Part shown: positions 56,652 through 63,952 of the stretch, piece by piece | Layout of the letters: every line of letters begins with the position of its first letter | How positions within the stretch are numbered: position 1 is the stretch's first letter | Made by a program: the position numbers and the translations under genes | The notes under the pieces: model-generated | Databases searched by the model: none | What the model saw: only the letters and a program-made list of their open reading frames with translations | What the model was told of the DNA's origin: nothing | DNA from: a virus | DNA: 64,000 nucleotides | Virus record (IMG/VR): IMGVR_UViG_3300045988_142718 | Strand: one strand, 5' to 3'

Positions 56652-56957
56652 ATGGTATCTGAGTATCAATTCAACAGTCAAGAAGTCTGCATATTTCCTA
56701 AAGAAAATGGGCTTTACATTATCTCAGTAATTCGCTATTACTACACAAGGAAAAATCATTCCGAACCTAAACTTACAAGCGAATCAAATTGGAGATGGGA
56801 AACCAATTGCAAGGAACTTGTGCTCAAACTTCAATCTAATAACATTAGAACGAGGGCTTTTACTCAACAGCTAATTGTATTGGCTAAACAATTTGGAATA
56901 TTAACTCATAAAAATTACACAAATCATGCTAAGGATTATATCAAACAGGGATTCTAA
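56652..56957 (+). CDS. Hypothetical protein
   Basis: The start is moved to the first ATG. The track start at 56598 is the TTG of the promoter box. Confidence 0.5.
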   Translation: MVSEYQFNSQEVCIFPKENGLYIISVIRYYYTRKNHSEPKLTSESNWRWETNCKELVLKLQSNNIRTRAFTQQLIVLAKQFGILTHKNYTNHAKDYIKQGF

Positions 56958-57186
56958 TTCAGTTACAGTACAAGCTTTGGATAAAAATGCTCAAGAGATC
57001 CTATTAAGAGCATTCCTGGATGAATCAAGAACAGATTGTACCGGACACTCATGGCATTTCAAGGATGCCTATGTATACTACGAGAATCAAATAGTAACCA
57101 TAGTTTCTTCAAAAGATTCTAGGGATAAGTATCAGAAGAAGCTATTCGTTACTTCATTAGTTAACACAATAATTGAATTCAGATGA
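56926..57186 (+). CDS. Hypothetical protein
   Basis: 86-aa ORF. Confidence 0.45.
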   Translation: MLRIISNRDSNSVTVQALDKNAQEILLRAFLDESRTDCTGHSWHFKDAYVYYENQIVTIVSSKDSRDKYQKKLFVTSLVNTIIEFR

Positions 57187-57683
57187 AAGTAAAACAATTC
57201 ATAGGATTAATGATACTAGCTCTCTCCCCAATGGGAGCTGGTATCCTTTATGCTCTTTATCAAACAGAGTTTAAGCCAAATGCAAATCATGCTCACTACA
57301 CTTGGCCTAATGGAGAAGTAAAAACAGAAAGAGAAGTAACTCTAACGGATGAAGAAAAGAGGCTCATAGTTCAAGATGGCATTTTAAAAGCATATGAATT
57401 ACATACTGAAAGTATCATTACAAGATTAAAGGATGAGATTCAGATAATTAAGGATTCAGGAGAAAATTCTAGCGATATTAAATCTGGAAGACTAGAATAT
57501 TTGCAACATAATCTAATCTATGCCACTAGAATTAAAAAACTTATCGAAAAGATGAGAGATACTGGATTAGATTATACAAAAGAGGTAGAAATCCAGGTAG
57601 AACTTCAAGAGAGAAACCAATATAATTATGAACAAGGTAAATATAAACAATCGAACGTATGCCGAAAAGAAATAAAATGGTGA
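57183..57683 (+). CDS. Hypothetical membrane-anchored protein
   Basis: N-terminal TM helix FIGLMILALSPMGAGILYALY. Confidence 0.55.
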   Translation: MKVKQFIGLMILALSPMGAGILYALYQTEFKPNANHAHYTWPNGEVKTEREVTLTDEEKRLIVQDGILKAYELHTESIITRLKDEIQIIKDSGENSSDIKSGRLEYLQHNLIYATRIKKLIEKMRDTGLDYTKEVEIQVELQERNQYNYEQGKYKQSNVCRKEIKW

Positions 57684-57988
57684 AATTCCTCCAAGAGGTA
57701 AAACCAATCATAGAAGACATCAAAATCATGGGTTATAAGAACTCAACAAAGAACCTAATAGGTAAAATGGAGATTTCTATTAAGGTTGAAAACAAGAATG
57801 ATCTTTTAGATCTCCAGGTTGAACATCTTCCCAATGTGGATAAAGAACATTTCGAATACAAGGGCAACAAGGGCAATGATTTAGTCCTTATCACAATGTA
57901 CTTCAATAATTATGATGAAAGGAATACTTGGTCACAACATTGGAAAGAATACCCTTCAATCGAATCATTCCTAACAGGGCAAGCCTAA
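57659..57988 (+). CDS. Hypothetical protein
   Basis: 109-aa ORF. A terminator hairpin spans its stop codon. Confidence 0.5.
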   Translation: MPKRNKMVKFLQEVKPIIEDIKIMGYKNSTKNLIGKMEISIKVENKNDLLDLQVEHLPNVDKEHFEYKGNKGNDLVLITMYFNNYDERNTWSQHWKEYPSIESFLTGQA

Positions 57989-58003
57989 CAAGCTTGCCTT
58001 TTT
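57978..58003 (+). terminator. Intrinsic terminator
   Basis: Stem ggcaagc / gcttgcc followed by ttttt. Confidence 0.8.
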
Positions 58004-58040
58004 AATTTAATAAAATAGTATGCAGTATTAAAAATAATAT

Positions 58041-58076
58041 TTATATTTGCATTGTAATATTAATCATATAAAAAAT
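58041..58076 (+). repeat. 36-bp promoter-leader cassette, copy 1
   Basis: ttatatttgcattgtaatattaatcatataaaaaat is identical to 61051-61086. Confidence 0.95.
58042..58051 (+). promoter_or_regulatory. -7 box TATATTTGCA
   Basis: 33 nt upstream of the ATG at 58085. Confidence 0.65.
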
Positions 58077-58084
58077 GTAATAAC

Positions 58085-58426
58085 ATGGAACCAAGAGAGC
58101 TTATTTACAACGTTTACAAAAACATTGTCTCTATCAAAAATTCATTTGATGACACAAACCTTTGGTGCAACCCATATAAAATAATCCAGGGATTAACTCC
58201 TATGACTCCGGGATATGTTATTTCAATGGGATATACTCCTCACATTGATATAGAGGAATACCTTTCAGAAGAGTTCATGGAGAAGCTTAAGCTCTGCTTT
58301 CAGAAATATCAGAAAGATGCAATCATTTGGATGGTAAATCATCCAAGTATGTTTCAAGTAAGGGTATACGTATATCCTTTACCAAATTTTCCCAAACAAT
58401 CAACAGTTTTATTATCAAATCAATAA
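58085..58426 (+). CDS. Hypothetical protein
   Basis: A promoter-leader cassette lies 33 nt upstream. Confidence 0.55.
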   Translation: MEPRELIYNVYKNIVSIKNSFDDTNLWCNPYKIIQGLTPMTPGYVISMGYTPHIDIEEYLSEEFMEKLKLCFQKYQKDAIIWMVNHPSMFQVRVYVYPLPNFPKQSTVLLSNQ

Positions 58427-58508
58427 AAACATTCATCATTATGGCAACAACAGCAACTCAAATCTGCGGAGCAACAAATATTATTATTAACGAAAAAGCA
58501 TAAAAGCT

Positions 58509-59141
58509 ATGACAACAAAAGAAATCAAAAACTGGGAATGGATCAAATCAGTAGAGGTCCAATATATGGGATTCTTAACCCAATATTTAGGAACTGCAAC
58601 CGATAGTAAGGGATTTGTTGAACTAATGAAACAACTTAGATTAGATGAAGCAATAGCTTACCTAAAAGATGACCTTGGAAAAGGTAGTTCAGAACCAAGC
58701 TATTACAAATTCCAATTCTATACCAAAACAATGCAGTTCACAAAAGAAGAAGAGTTCTGGGAAGCTATTAGTAAGGGTTCAATACCCGAAATCGAACAAC
58801 TAAAAGGAAAGGAATTACTGGATACTTTAGAAGCTCTAAGAACCATTCTCCATCCAACAGTAAGAGCATTACTAGAATCCTATATAATAGATATGGTAAT
58901 GCCCATACCAGGAATTATTTCCTTCTTATTGATAGTGAAACCCAAACAAGAAATTGAGCCAGGCACAATAATGTTTCGTATCAGATATCTGATGGAAGGA
59001 TGTATAGACCATGAGCCAACACCACTACTCAAGGAATATCATATCCACCTAAACGCTCAACCAAAAGAAGGCCAAGAAAATCCCTTTATAACACAAATCA
59101 TATTAATATCAAAGAAATTAACTACCATCACAATCAAATAA
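58509..59141 (+). CDS. Hypothetical protein
   Basis: 210-aa ORF, the last gene before the 1.9 kb ORF-free region. Confidence 0.55.
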   Translation: MTTKEIKNWEWIKSVEVQYMGFLTQYLGTATDSKGFVELMKQLRLDEAIAYLKDDLGKGSSEPSYYKFQFYTKTMQFTKEEEFWEAISKGSIPEIEQLKGKELLDTLEALRTILHPTVRALLESYIIDMVMPIPGIISFLLIVKPKQEIEPGTIMFRIRYLMEGCIDHEPTPLLKEYHIHLNAQPKEGQENPFITQIILISKKLTTITIK

Positions 59142-59149
59142 TAATCATT

Positions 59150-59760
59150 ATCCTTAACTATGAAAAGGTTTACATTTCCCACCAACAAACACAATTTAAA
59201 TCAAAGCTCATCATACTTCAAGGATAATAAAAGAATCCCTTACACTCATCCAAAAAACAATGATCATAGAATAAGGATTATATAATCACATACATTAGGA
59301 TCCCAAAAAACACAAACAAAAAAGAAATCGAATAAATAAATCCCAGTTCTATGATATAAATAATCCAATAATCCCCATATCACAAGGATTATATACCCAT
59401 AACCCAAAACAACACCTAAAAAAGAAAATCATAAGTCAATGATAATATATAAACCCATTATCACATAAAGCCAATGATCACCTACAACACAAACAAAATA
59501 AAAATCATCATATGAGATATCCTTGATATTATCCTAGATCCCAAAAAACAAACATAATCCTAAAGATAACGCATAAAGGGATATCATATCAATGATAATA
59601 TAATCCCTATCCTTATCACCAAAAACCAAACACATAAAAATAAAATCCCCATTATAACAATGATAAAAGGAATCCTATATATAACCTACATACAAAAAAT
59701 AAAAAATAATAAAGGTATATATAATAGGATTAAATAAAATATGAAATACATATCAAATAC
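59150..59760. repeat. A/C-rich, G-poor array of degenerate units (arm A)
   Basis: CCCAAAAAACA-like cores recur about every 50-100 bp, together with CAATGAT and AAGGATTATATA motifs. There is no ORF. Confidence 0.7.
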
Positions 59761-60010
59761 ACTATCAAATAGAAGCTATATAACATGGGTATAACACGGG
59801 GGCGAAATTTACTCGATAGCACGAACTATACATACGTATCTCTAAACCATAGAGTTTTCAAGTTTTAAGGCCCTAAAATTTGCATACGTGTTGTGTACAT
59901 TTTTTCGAAAAATTAGGTCTGGGATTTGAGGATTTAGGGCCTTTTTTACCCTAAAACGTCAACTTAGCTCACTTTTAGCACTTTTGACTTTTTTAACCCA
60001 TTTTTTACAA

Positions 60011-60032
60011 ACATATCCAAAACATATCCAAA
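60011..60032 (+). repeat. Tandem 11-mer ACATATCCAAA x2
   Basis: Direct read in the core of the non-coding region. Confidence 0.9.
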
Positions 60033-60239
60033 ACTGTACTTTTTTTCGAGCACAAGTTAAAAATAGCCGGCTTTAGAAAAAAATATCAAACTCTCAACTT
60101 CAAGATTTTAGGATAAATTTTAGGGTTATCTATGGATAAATTAAAATCACAATCGAAGCTAAAAACAATGTCTTTTATTTATTAATCTAGAACATAATAG
60201 AGGGTAATCTTTCTAGTTACTTAGAATTAAAGTAAAATT

Positions 60240-61020
60240 TACTAGAGGTATGTTAAATTAAATATTTAATCGAAAGTCTGGGATTATGATAAAATTCGAT
60301 GATTATTATAAAATGATTGCCTTGAATTCGATGATTTTTAATAAATTTGGTTCAATGATTCGATGATTTTATTAAATCCTTGATCTGGGATAATGATTTT
60401 ATTATAACCCTTATTATTATATTATATATAATATATAGGATTATGTTCTGTGTTCTGAGATTATTATAATCCTTGATTCGATGATATGTTATCATATTAT
60501 ATAAGCTTTGTGTTTTCTTTTGTAGGATCTGTTTTCATAGCTCTTATTATATTATTATATAATATAAGGGATATGATTATAATCCTTGATCTGTGATCTG
60601 ATGATGTTTTATATTATATTATATTATTATATATATATGATTATTATTATATATATGATTATTATTAATTTTTTGATAGAAGCTTGTTTTTGGGCTATAT
60701 TGGAGCTATGTTGATTTTTTTAGGGCCTTATTATATATAATATATATTATAATAGGATAATTATAATAGGATAAGGATTTTATTCGATGATCCTATGTAC
60801 ATTGTGTTCAAGGATATTTTTATTTTTCGATGTGTTTTTTGGGCTAACCAAGAAGGTATAGGATTTGGCTCAAGGCTTTAAGTATAATATAATAAGGCCT
60901 TAGATCATTGTGTCCATTTAATTCGATGTAAGGATTCAAGGCCTTATTATATACCATGGATGGCCCTAAGTTTAAATAATCTTTCGAAGTGAGCCTTGAA
61001 TCAGAGCCCAAATTTTATAT
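60240..61020. repeat. T/G-rich array with the complementary unit family (arm C)
   Basis: gtgttttttggg and ttgtttttggg are complements of the arm A core. TTCGATGAT occurs five times and AATCCTTGAT three times. Confidence 0.7.
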
Positions 61021-61050
61021 GCGTATTATATTATATATAATATATAATGA

Positions 61051-61086
61051 TTATATTTGCATTGTAATATTAATCATATAAAAAAT
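61051..61086 (+). repeat. 36-bp promoter-leader cassette, copy 2
   Basis: Identical to 58041-58076. Confidence 0.95.
61052..61061 (+). promoter_or_regulatory. -7 box TATATTTGCA
   Basis: 34 nt upstream of the ATG at 61096. Confidence 0.65.
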
Positions 61087-61095
61087 TATTGCCCT

Positions 61096-61503
61096 ATGAA
61101 CACAACAGATCAGTTATTTAATAACACAATCCTATTCCAGGATACAGAGAACATCGAAGGAACAGTAAAAAATGTTTATCTGAGACAATTCTTTTATGAA
61201 TCCTTAGGAATGGATGATCCTAGAGGTTATAATCTTTGGTCAAGGATTTTTAATCGCTTTTCTAAAGTTGATTCTAGTATGGTTCGAATTTTACCTAATG
61301 ATCCTGAGAAATTAGTTTGGTTCTTAGAATTATCGATTACAGATAACAGAGACCAAATTATATCGGAGAATTATGATAAGGCATTATCCTTCTATAAGGA
61401 AACATTAAATGAAATCCAAGATTACCTTGACCTATCTAATGCCTTTCAATATATAGGATTGGGTAATACGAAATTATATATCACATTCATAGCTGAAATT
61501 TAA
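61096..61503 (+). CDS. Hypothetical protein
   Basis: The start is moved to the first ATG. The track start at 61057 is the TTG of the promoter box. Confidence 0.55.
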   Translation: MNTTDQLFNNTILFQDTENIEGTVKNVYLRQFFYESLGMDDPRGYNLWSRIFNRFSKVDSSMVRILPNDPEKLVWFLELSITDNRDQIISENYDKALSFYKETLNEIQDYLDLSNAFQYIGLGNTKLYITFIAEI

Positions 61504-61596
61504 TGCTAGCCTGTTCGATACATCGAATACTAATTATCTTATGAAAATAAATCTTAATCATACTCAATAGGAATATTACTCTAATCAAATCTGTAT

Positions 61597-61633
61597 AAGG
61601 TAGCTCGCTTGGGATAAGTAGGCTACCTTTTTT
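61597..61633 (+). terminator. Intrinsic terminator
   Basis: Stem aaggtagc / gctacctt followed by tttt. Confidence 0.8.
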
Positions 61634-61660
61634 ATTTGTGTTCTTTTATCTTTACTTTGT

Positions 61661-61837
61661 AAAACCTGCTAGCTAAGGCCTTAATTCTTTGAGCCCATCC
61701 TACTTTCAGGATATCTTTATACGATATATTATATAAAACCTGCTAACCAAGCGTAAGGCCCTGTAAGCCCAAAAGGCCATAATAATCTCCATTGATGGCC
61801 CTAAATAAAGGCCTTCAAAAACCAGCCAACTAAGGCC
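61661..61837 (+). repeat. Three iteron-like direct repeats AAAACCWGCYARC...TAAGGCC
   Basis: Copies at 61661-61680, 61735-61760 and 61817-61837, with about 75-80 bp spacing. Confidence 0.75.
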
Positions 61838-61956
61838 TTGATTTTTTAGGCAGGTAGGTAGGTAATGATGAAGGCAGGGTGATGGTGAGCAATGATATTT
61901 TAATAAATAAAATCTATTTGTTTAATAGAAAAATTCAATAAAAATTTTTCTCAAAA

Positions 61957-61992
61957 TATTTTTGTATTTAAAAAATTCATTGTATATTTGCA
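61957..61992 (+). promoter_or_regulatory. Tandem -7 boxes (TATTTTTG at 61957-61964, TATATTTGCA at 61983-61992)
   Basis: Upstream of the ATG at 62038. Confidence 0.6.
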
Positions 61993-62037
61993 ATACAGAA
62001 AAACAAATAAAACGTATCACTTTAAAAATTAAAAGTC

Positions 62038-62553
62038 ATGAATGCAAATGTAAATGAAAATGTGTTATTAAATGGAGTAAACAACAATGTAGAAGAATCT
62101 GCAAAAGTTGAAAAAAAGAAAACACAAAAAACAACTGCAAAAAAGAGCACAAAAAAAGAAAGTGCAAAAGTAGAAAAAAAAGAAATAGAAAAAATTTCTT
62201 TTTCCAAATTACTCGAAACATTGGACACAACGGGATTGCATACCAATTCAGGTTTAAAGAAAGAGAATCTATATAACTCTTCCATTTATGCGGATTGTTT
62301 AACAGATAAAGATAAAAAGTCTGTTAGACGCAAAATTCGTAATCTTTTGGACAATTTTATAGGAAGCATTATTCGTTCAGAAAAGAATAAAACAATTTGC
62401 GAAAATCATTGCAAACAATTCAAATTATTTTATGAGCAAGTTTATAGAATAAATGATTTTTCCGTAGAAAGTTTAGTTTCTAATAATACAGATGAATTAA
62501 AAAAAGAGAATTTAAAGAAAATGCTTGAAATTGTAAAAAAGAATTTGAAATGA
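62038..62553 (+). CDS. Hypothetical protein with Lys-rich N-terminus, paralog of the ORF at 53007
   Basis: ESAKVEKKKTQKTTAKKSTKKESAKVEKKE in the N-terminal half, then IYADCLTDKDKKSVRRKIRNLL. Confidence 0.6.
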   Translation: MNANVNENVLLNGVNNNVEESAKVEKKKTQKTTAKKSTKKESAKVEKKEIEKISFSKLLETLDTTGLHTNSGLKKENLYNSSIYADCLTDKDKKSVRRKIRNLLDNFIGSIIRSEKNKTICENHCKQFKLFYEQVYRINDFSVESLVSNNTDELKKENLKKMLEIVKKNLK

Positions 62554-62568
62554 AAAAAGAAAAAATAA

Positions 62569-62593
62569 AAGAGTGCATAATATTTGCACTCTT
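62569..62593 (+). terminator. Hairpin
   Basis: 9-bp stem aagagtgca / tgcactctt with a 7-nt loop and a weak T tail. Confidence 0.5.
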
Positions 62594-62603
62594 ATTCCTT
62601 ATA

Positions 62604-62611
62604 TATATTTG
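62604..62611 (+). promoter_or_regulatory. -7 box TATATTTG with no ORF downstream
   Basis: It lies between two terminators. Only about 65 nt separate it from the end of the next terminator. Confidence 0.4.
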
Positions 62612-62642
62612 GTGTTGCTGTAATTCATAAATAATAATAAAG

Positions 62643-62682
62643 AGAGTATATTTTTGTCCCCTATAAAATATACTCTTTTTTT
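62643..62682 (+). terminator. Intrinsic terminator
   Basis: 12-bp stem agagtatatttt / aaaatatactct followed by tttttt. Confidence 0.85.
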
Positions 62683-62689
62683 GCTTTAA

Positions 62690-63015
62690 TGGGCAACCCT
62701 TCCCCTCTCTTATTCATATAAGATTTTTCGATAAAGCCTATAAGGGATTTCCTTCATTTCCCTTCTTCCTTTAGGATTGCCACAACTTTTTTCTGAAAAC
62801 ACAATAAGGGATTTCATTTAAATCTTTGAATTATATTACCCTTACATATCTTTTGTATTCATATTGGATTTTTATGATATGATTATTCGATGAGATGTTA
62901 TCCTTTATTTCATTTGTTTATCCTTTATTGGGATTCAAGGTTTTTTATCCCTTATGCTTTATCACATTAGGATTTTTATTTTTCATTTTATGTTTGTTTG
63001 TTTGGGGACTCTTAC
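62690..63015. repeat. T-rich non-coding block of the same unit family as arm C
   Basis: tttatgtttgtttgtttgggg is the complement of cccaaa(c)aaacaaacataaa, similar to 59539-59558. GGATT and TTCGATGAG motifs are also present. Confidence 0.55.
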
Positions 63016-63053
63016 AATAAAGGCCCAAGATAAAAATACCCCAGGCCTTTATT
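63016..63053 (-). terminator. Hairpin downstream of the minus-strand fibre-like gene
   Basis: 10-bp stem aataaaggcc / ggcctttatt with an 18-nt loop and no clear U-run. Confidence 0.4.
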
Positions 63054-63067
63054 ATTAATCACTAAGG
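63053..63067 (+). repeat. 15-bp direct repeat TATTAATCACTAAGG, copy 1
   Basis: Identical to 63938-63952. Confidence 0.9.
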
Positions 63068-63073
63068 ATTTTT

Positions 63074-63661
63074 TTAATCTACTGGGCTCTTTCCAGCTTT
63101 TAATACGTACCCAGTAAATGAAAAGTTATATCTACCAGTATTAACTGCAGTGATATTTACACTTTCAAGAAATAATACGTTTTCTACCCATGGGTATCCA
63201 TTTTTCATACTGGTTGAACTACCGTATCCCGAAAAGTATGAAAATAAATCTTCTGATAAATTATAAATACATAATCCATTATTGCCATCTATGGGCATAG
63301 CATATGTTACGATTACTACCAGATCACCTTTATGGAAGCTTTCATTGATTTGATTTAAGGCTGATTGGATACTGTCTAAAGTGCAATTTACTTTTATGGA
63401 GACTGTGGATTTATTTGGAGCCATAACCATCTTTCTAGCGGTTTCATTAGTATCCAACTGGGTACTGAAGATAGAACCTTTTCCTATTAATTCTTTGTAC
63501 TTATCTCCAGATGGGATGCTTTCGATTCCCAATCTTAGGGCTTCAAAGGATGGCTGAGATCCTGGGTCTACCCCTTTATTTCTCAGAGCATCCCTTAAAT
63601 TGGTTTTTGCTTGGTTGATGGATGATGTTAATGATTGGATCCTTTCTTTCAATGTAGGCAT
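63074..63661 (-). CDS. Tail-fibre/receptor-binding-like protein (reverse-oriented)
   Basis: The N-terminus LKERIQSLTSSINQAKTNLRDALRNKGVDPGSQPSFEALRLGIESI resembles the common fibre N-terminal module (xAKxxIxxAIxxKGVxV...F...I). Confidence 0.5.
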   Translation of the reverse strand: MPTLKERIQSLTSSINQAKTNLRDALRNKGVDPGSQPSFEALRLGIESIPSGDKYKELIGKGSIFSTQLDTNETARKMVMAPNKSTVSIKVNCTLDSIQSALNQINESFHKGDLVVIVTYAMPIDGNNGLCIYNLSEDLFSYFSGYGSSTSMKNGYPWVENVLFLESVNITAVNTGRYNFSFTGYVLKAGKSPVD

Positions 63662-63734
63662 GATGTGTAGGGATTAAAATTAATGATGAATATTAAAAAG
63701 ATTAATAATGTGTTTATACTATAAACACATTCGA

Positions 63735-63872
63735 TTACATCTCGTTATTGTGAGATGAAGAAGTTTTTTTTTGGTTCTTTATTGATCCTTTATTTAATGA
63801 TATGGATCTCAATAATGTTTTTGCATTACTGATTTGTGTAGTTAGAGCTTCAATTCTTGATTTGAGTGACAT
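63735..63872 (-). pseudogene. 45-codon fragment paralogous to the N-terminus of the ORF at 63074-63661
   Basis: MSLKSRIEALTTQISNAKTLLRSISLNKG compared with MPTLKERIQSLTSSINQAKTNLRDALRNKG. It then runs into low-complexity sequence and a stop. Confidence 0.35.
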
Positions 63873-63883
63873 ATTCGTGATGT

Positions 63884-63943
63884 ATTAAAGTTAATATTAT
63901 AAGATTAAAGTTAATATTATAAGATAGTATCTTATAATATTAA
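63884..63943. promoter_or_regulatory. Operator-like cluster: a 20-bp tandem duplication plus a 33-bp perfect palindrome
   Basis: attaaagttaatattataag occurs twice (63884-63923). ttaatattataagata-g-tatcttataatattaa spans 63911-63943. The cluster lies between divergent paralogous starts. Confidence 0.6.
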
Positions 63944-63952
63944 TCACTAAGG
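63938..63952 (+). repeat. 15-bp direct repeat TATTAATCACTAAGG, copy 2
   Basis: Identical to 63053-63067. Confidence 0.9.

Noticed and set aside
59142-61056. CRISPR array or tRNA/tmRNA genes in the ORF-free region.
   Set aside because: The repeats are short, degenerate and irregularly spaced, with no constant repeat-spacer periodicity. I found no cloverleaf-compatible sequence or T-loop (GTTCRANYC) motif here or elsewhere in the window.
63053-63952. Mu G-segment-type invertible host-range switch.
   Set aside because: The flanking 15-mers are direct repeats, not inverted. The paralogous genes have separate start codons rather than a shared constant 5' part. No Hin/Gin-type recombinase gene is present in the window. 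An insertion or exchange cassette is the better description.
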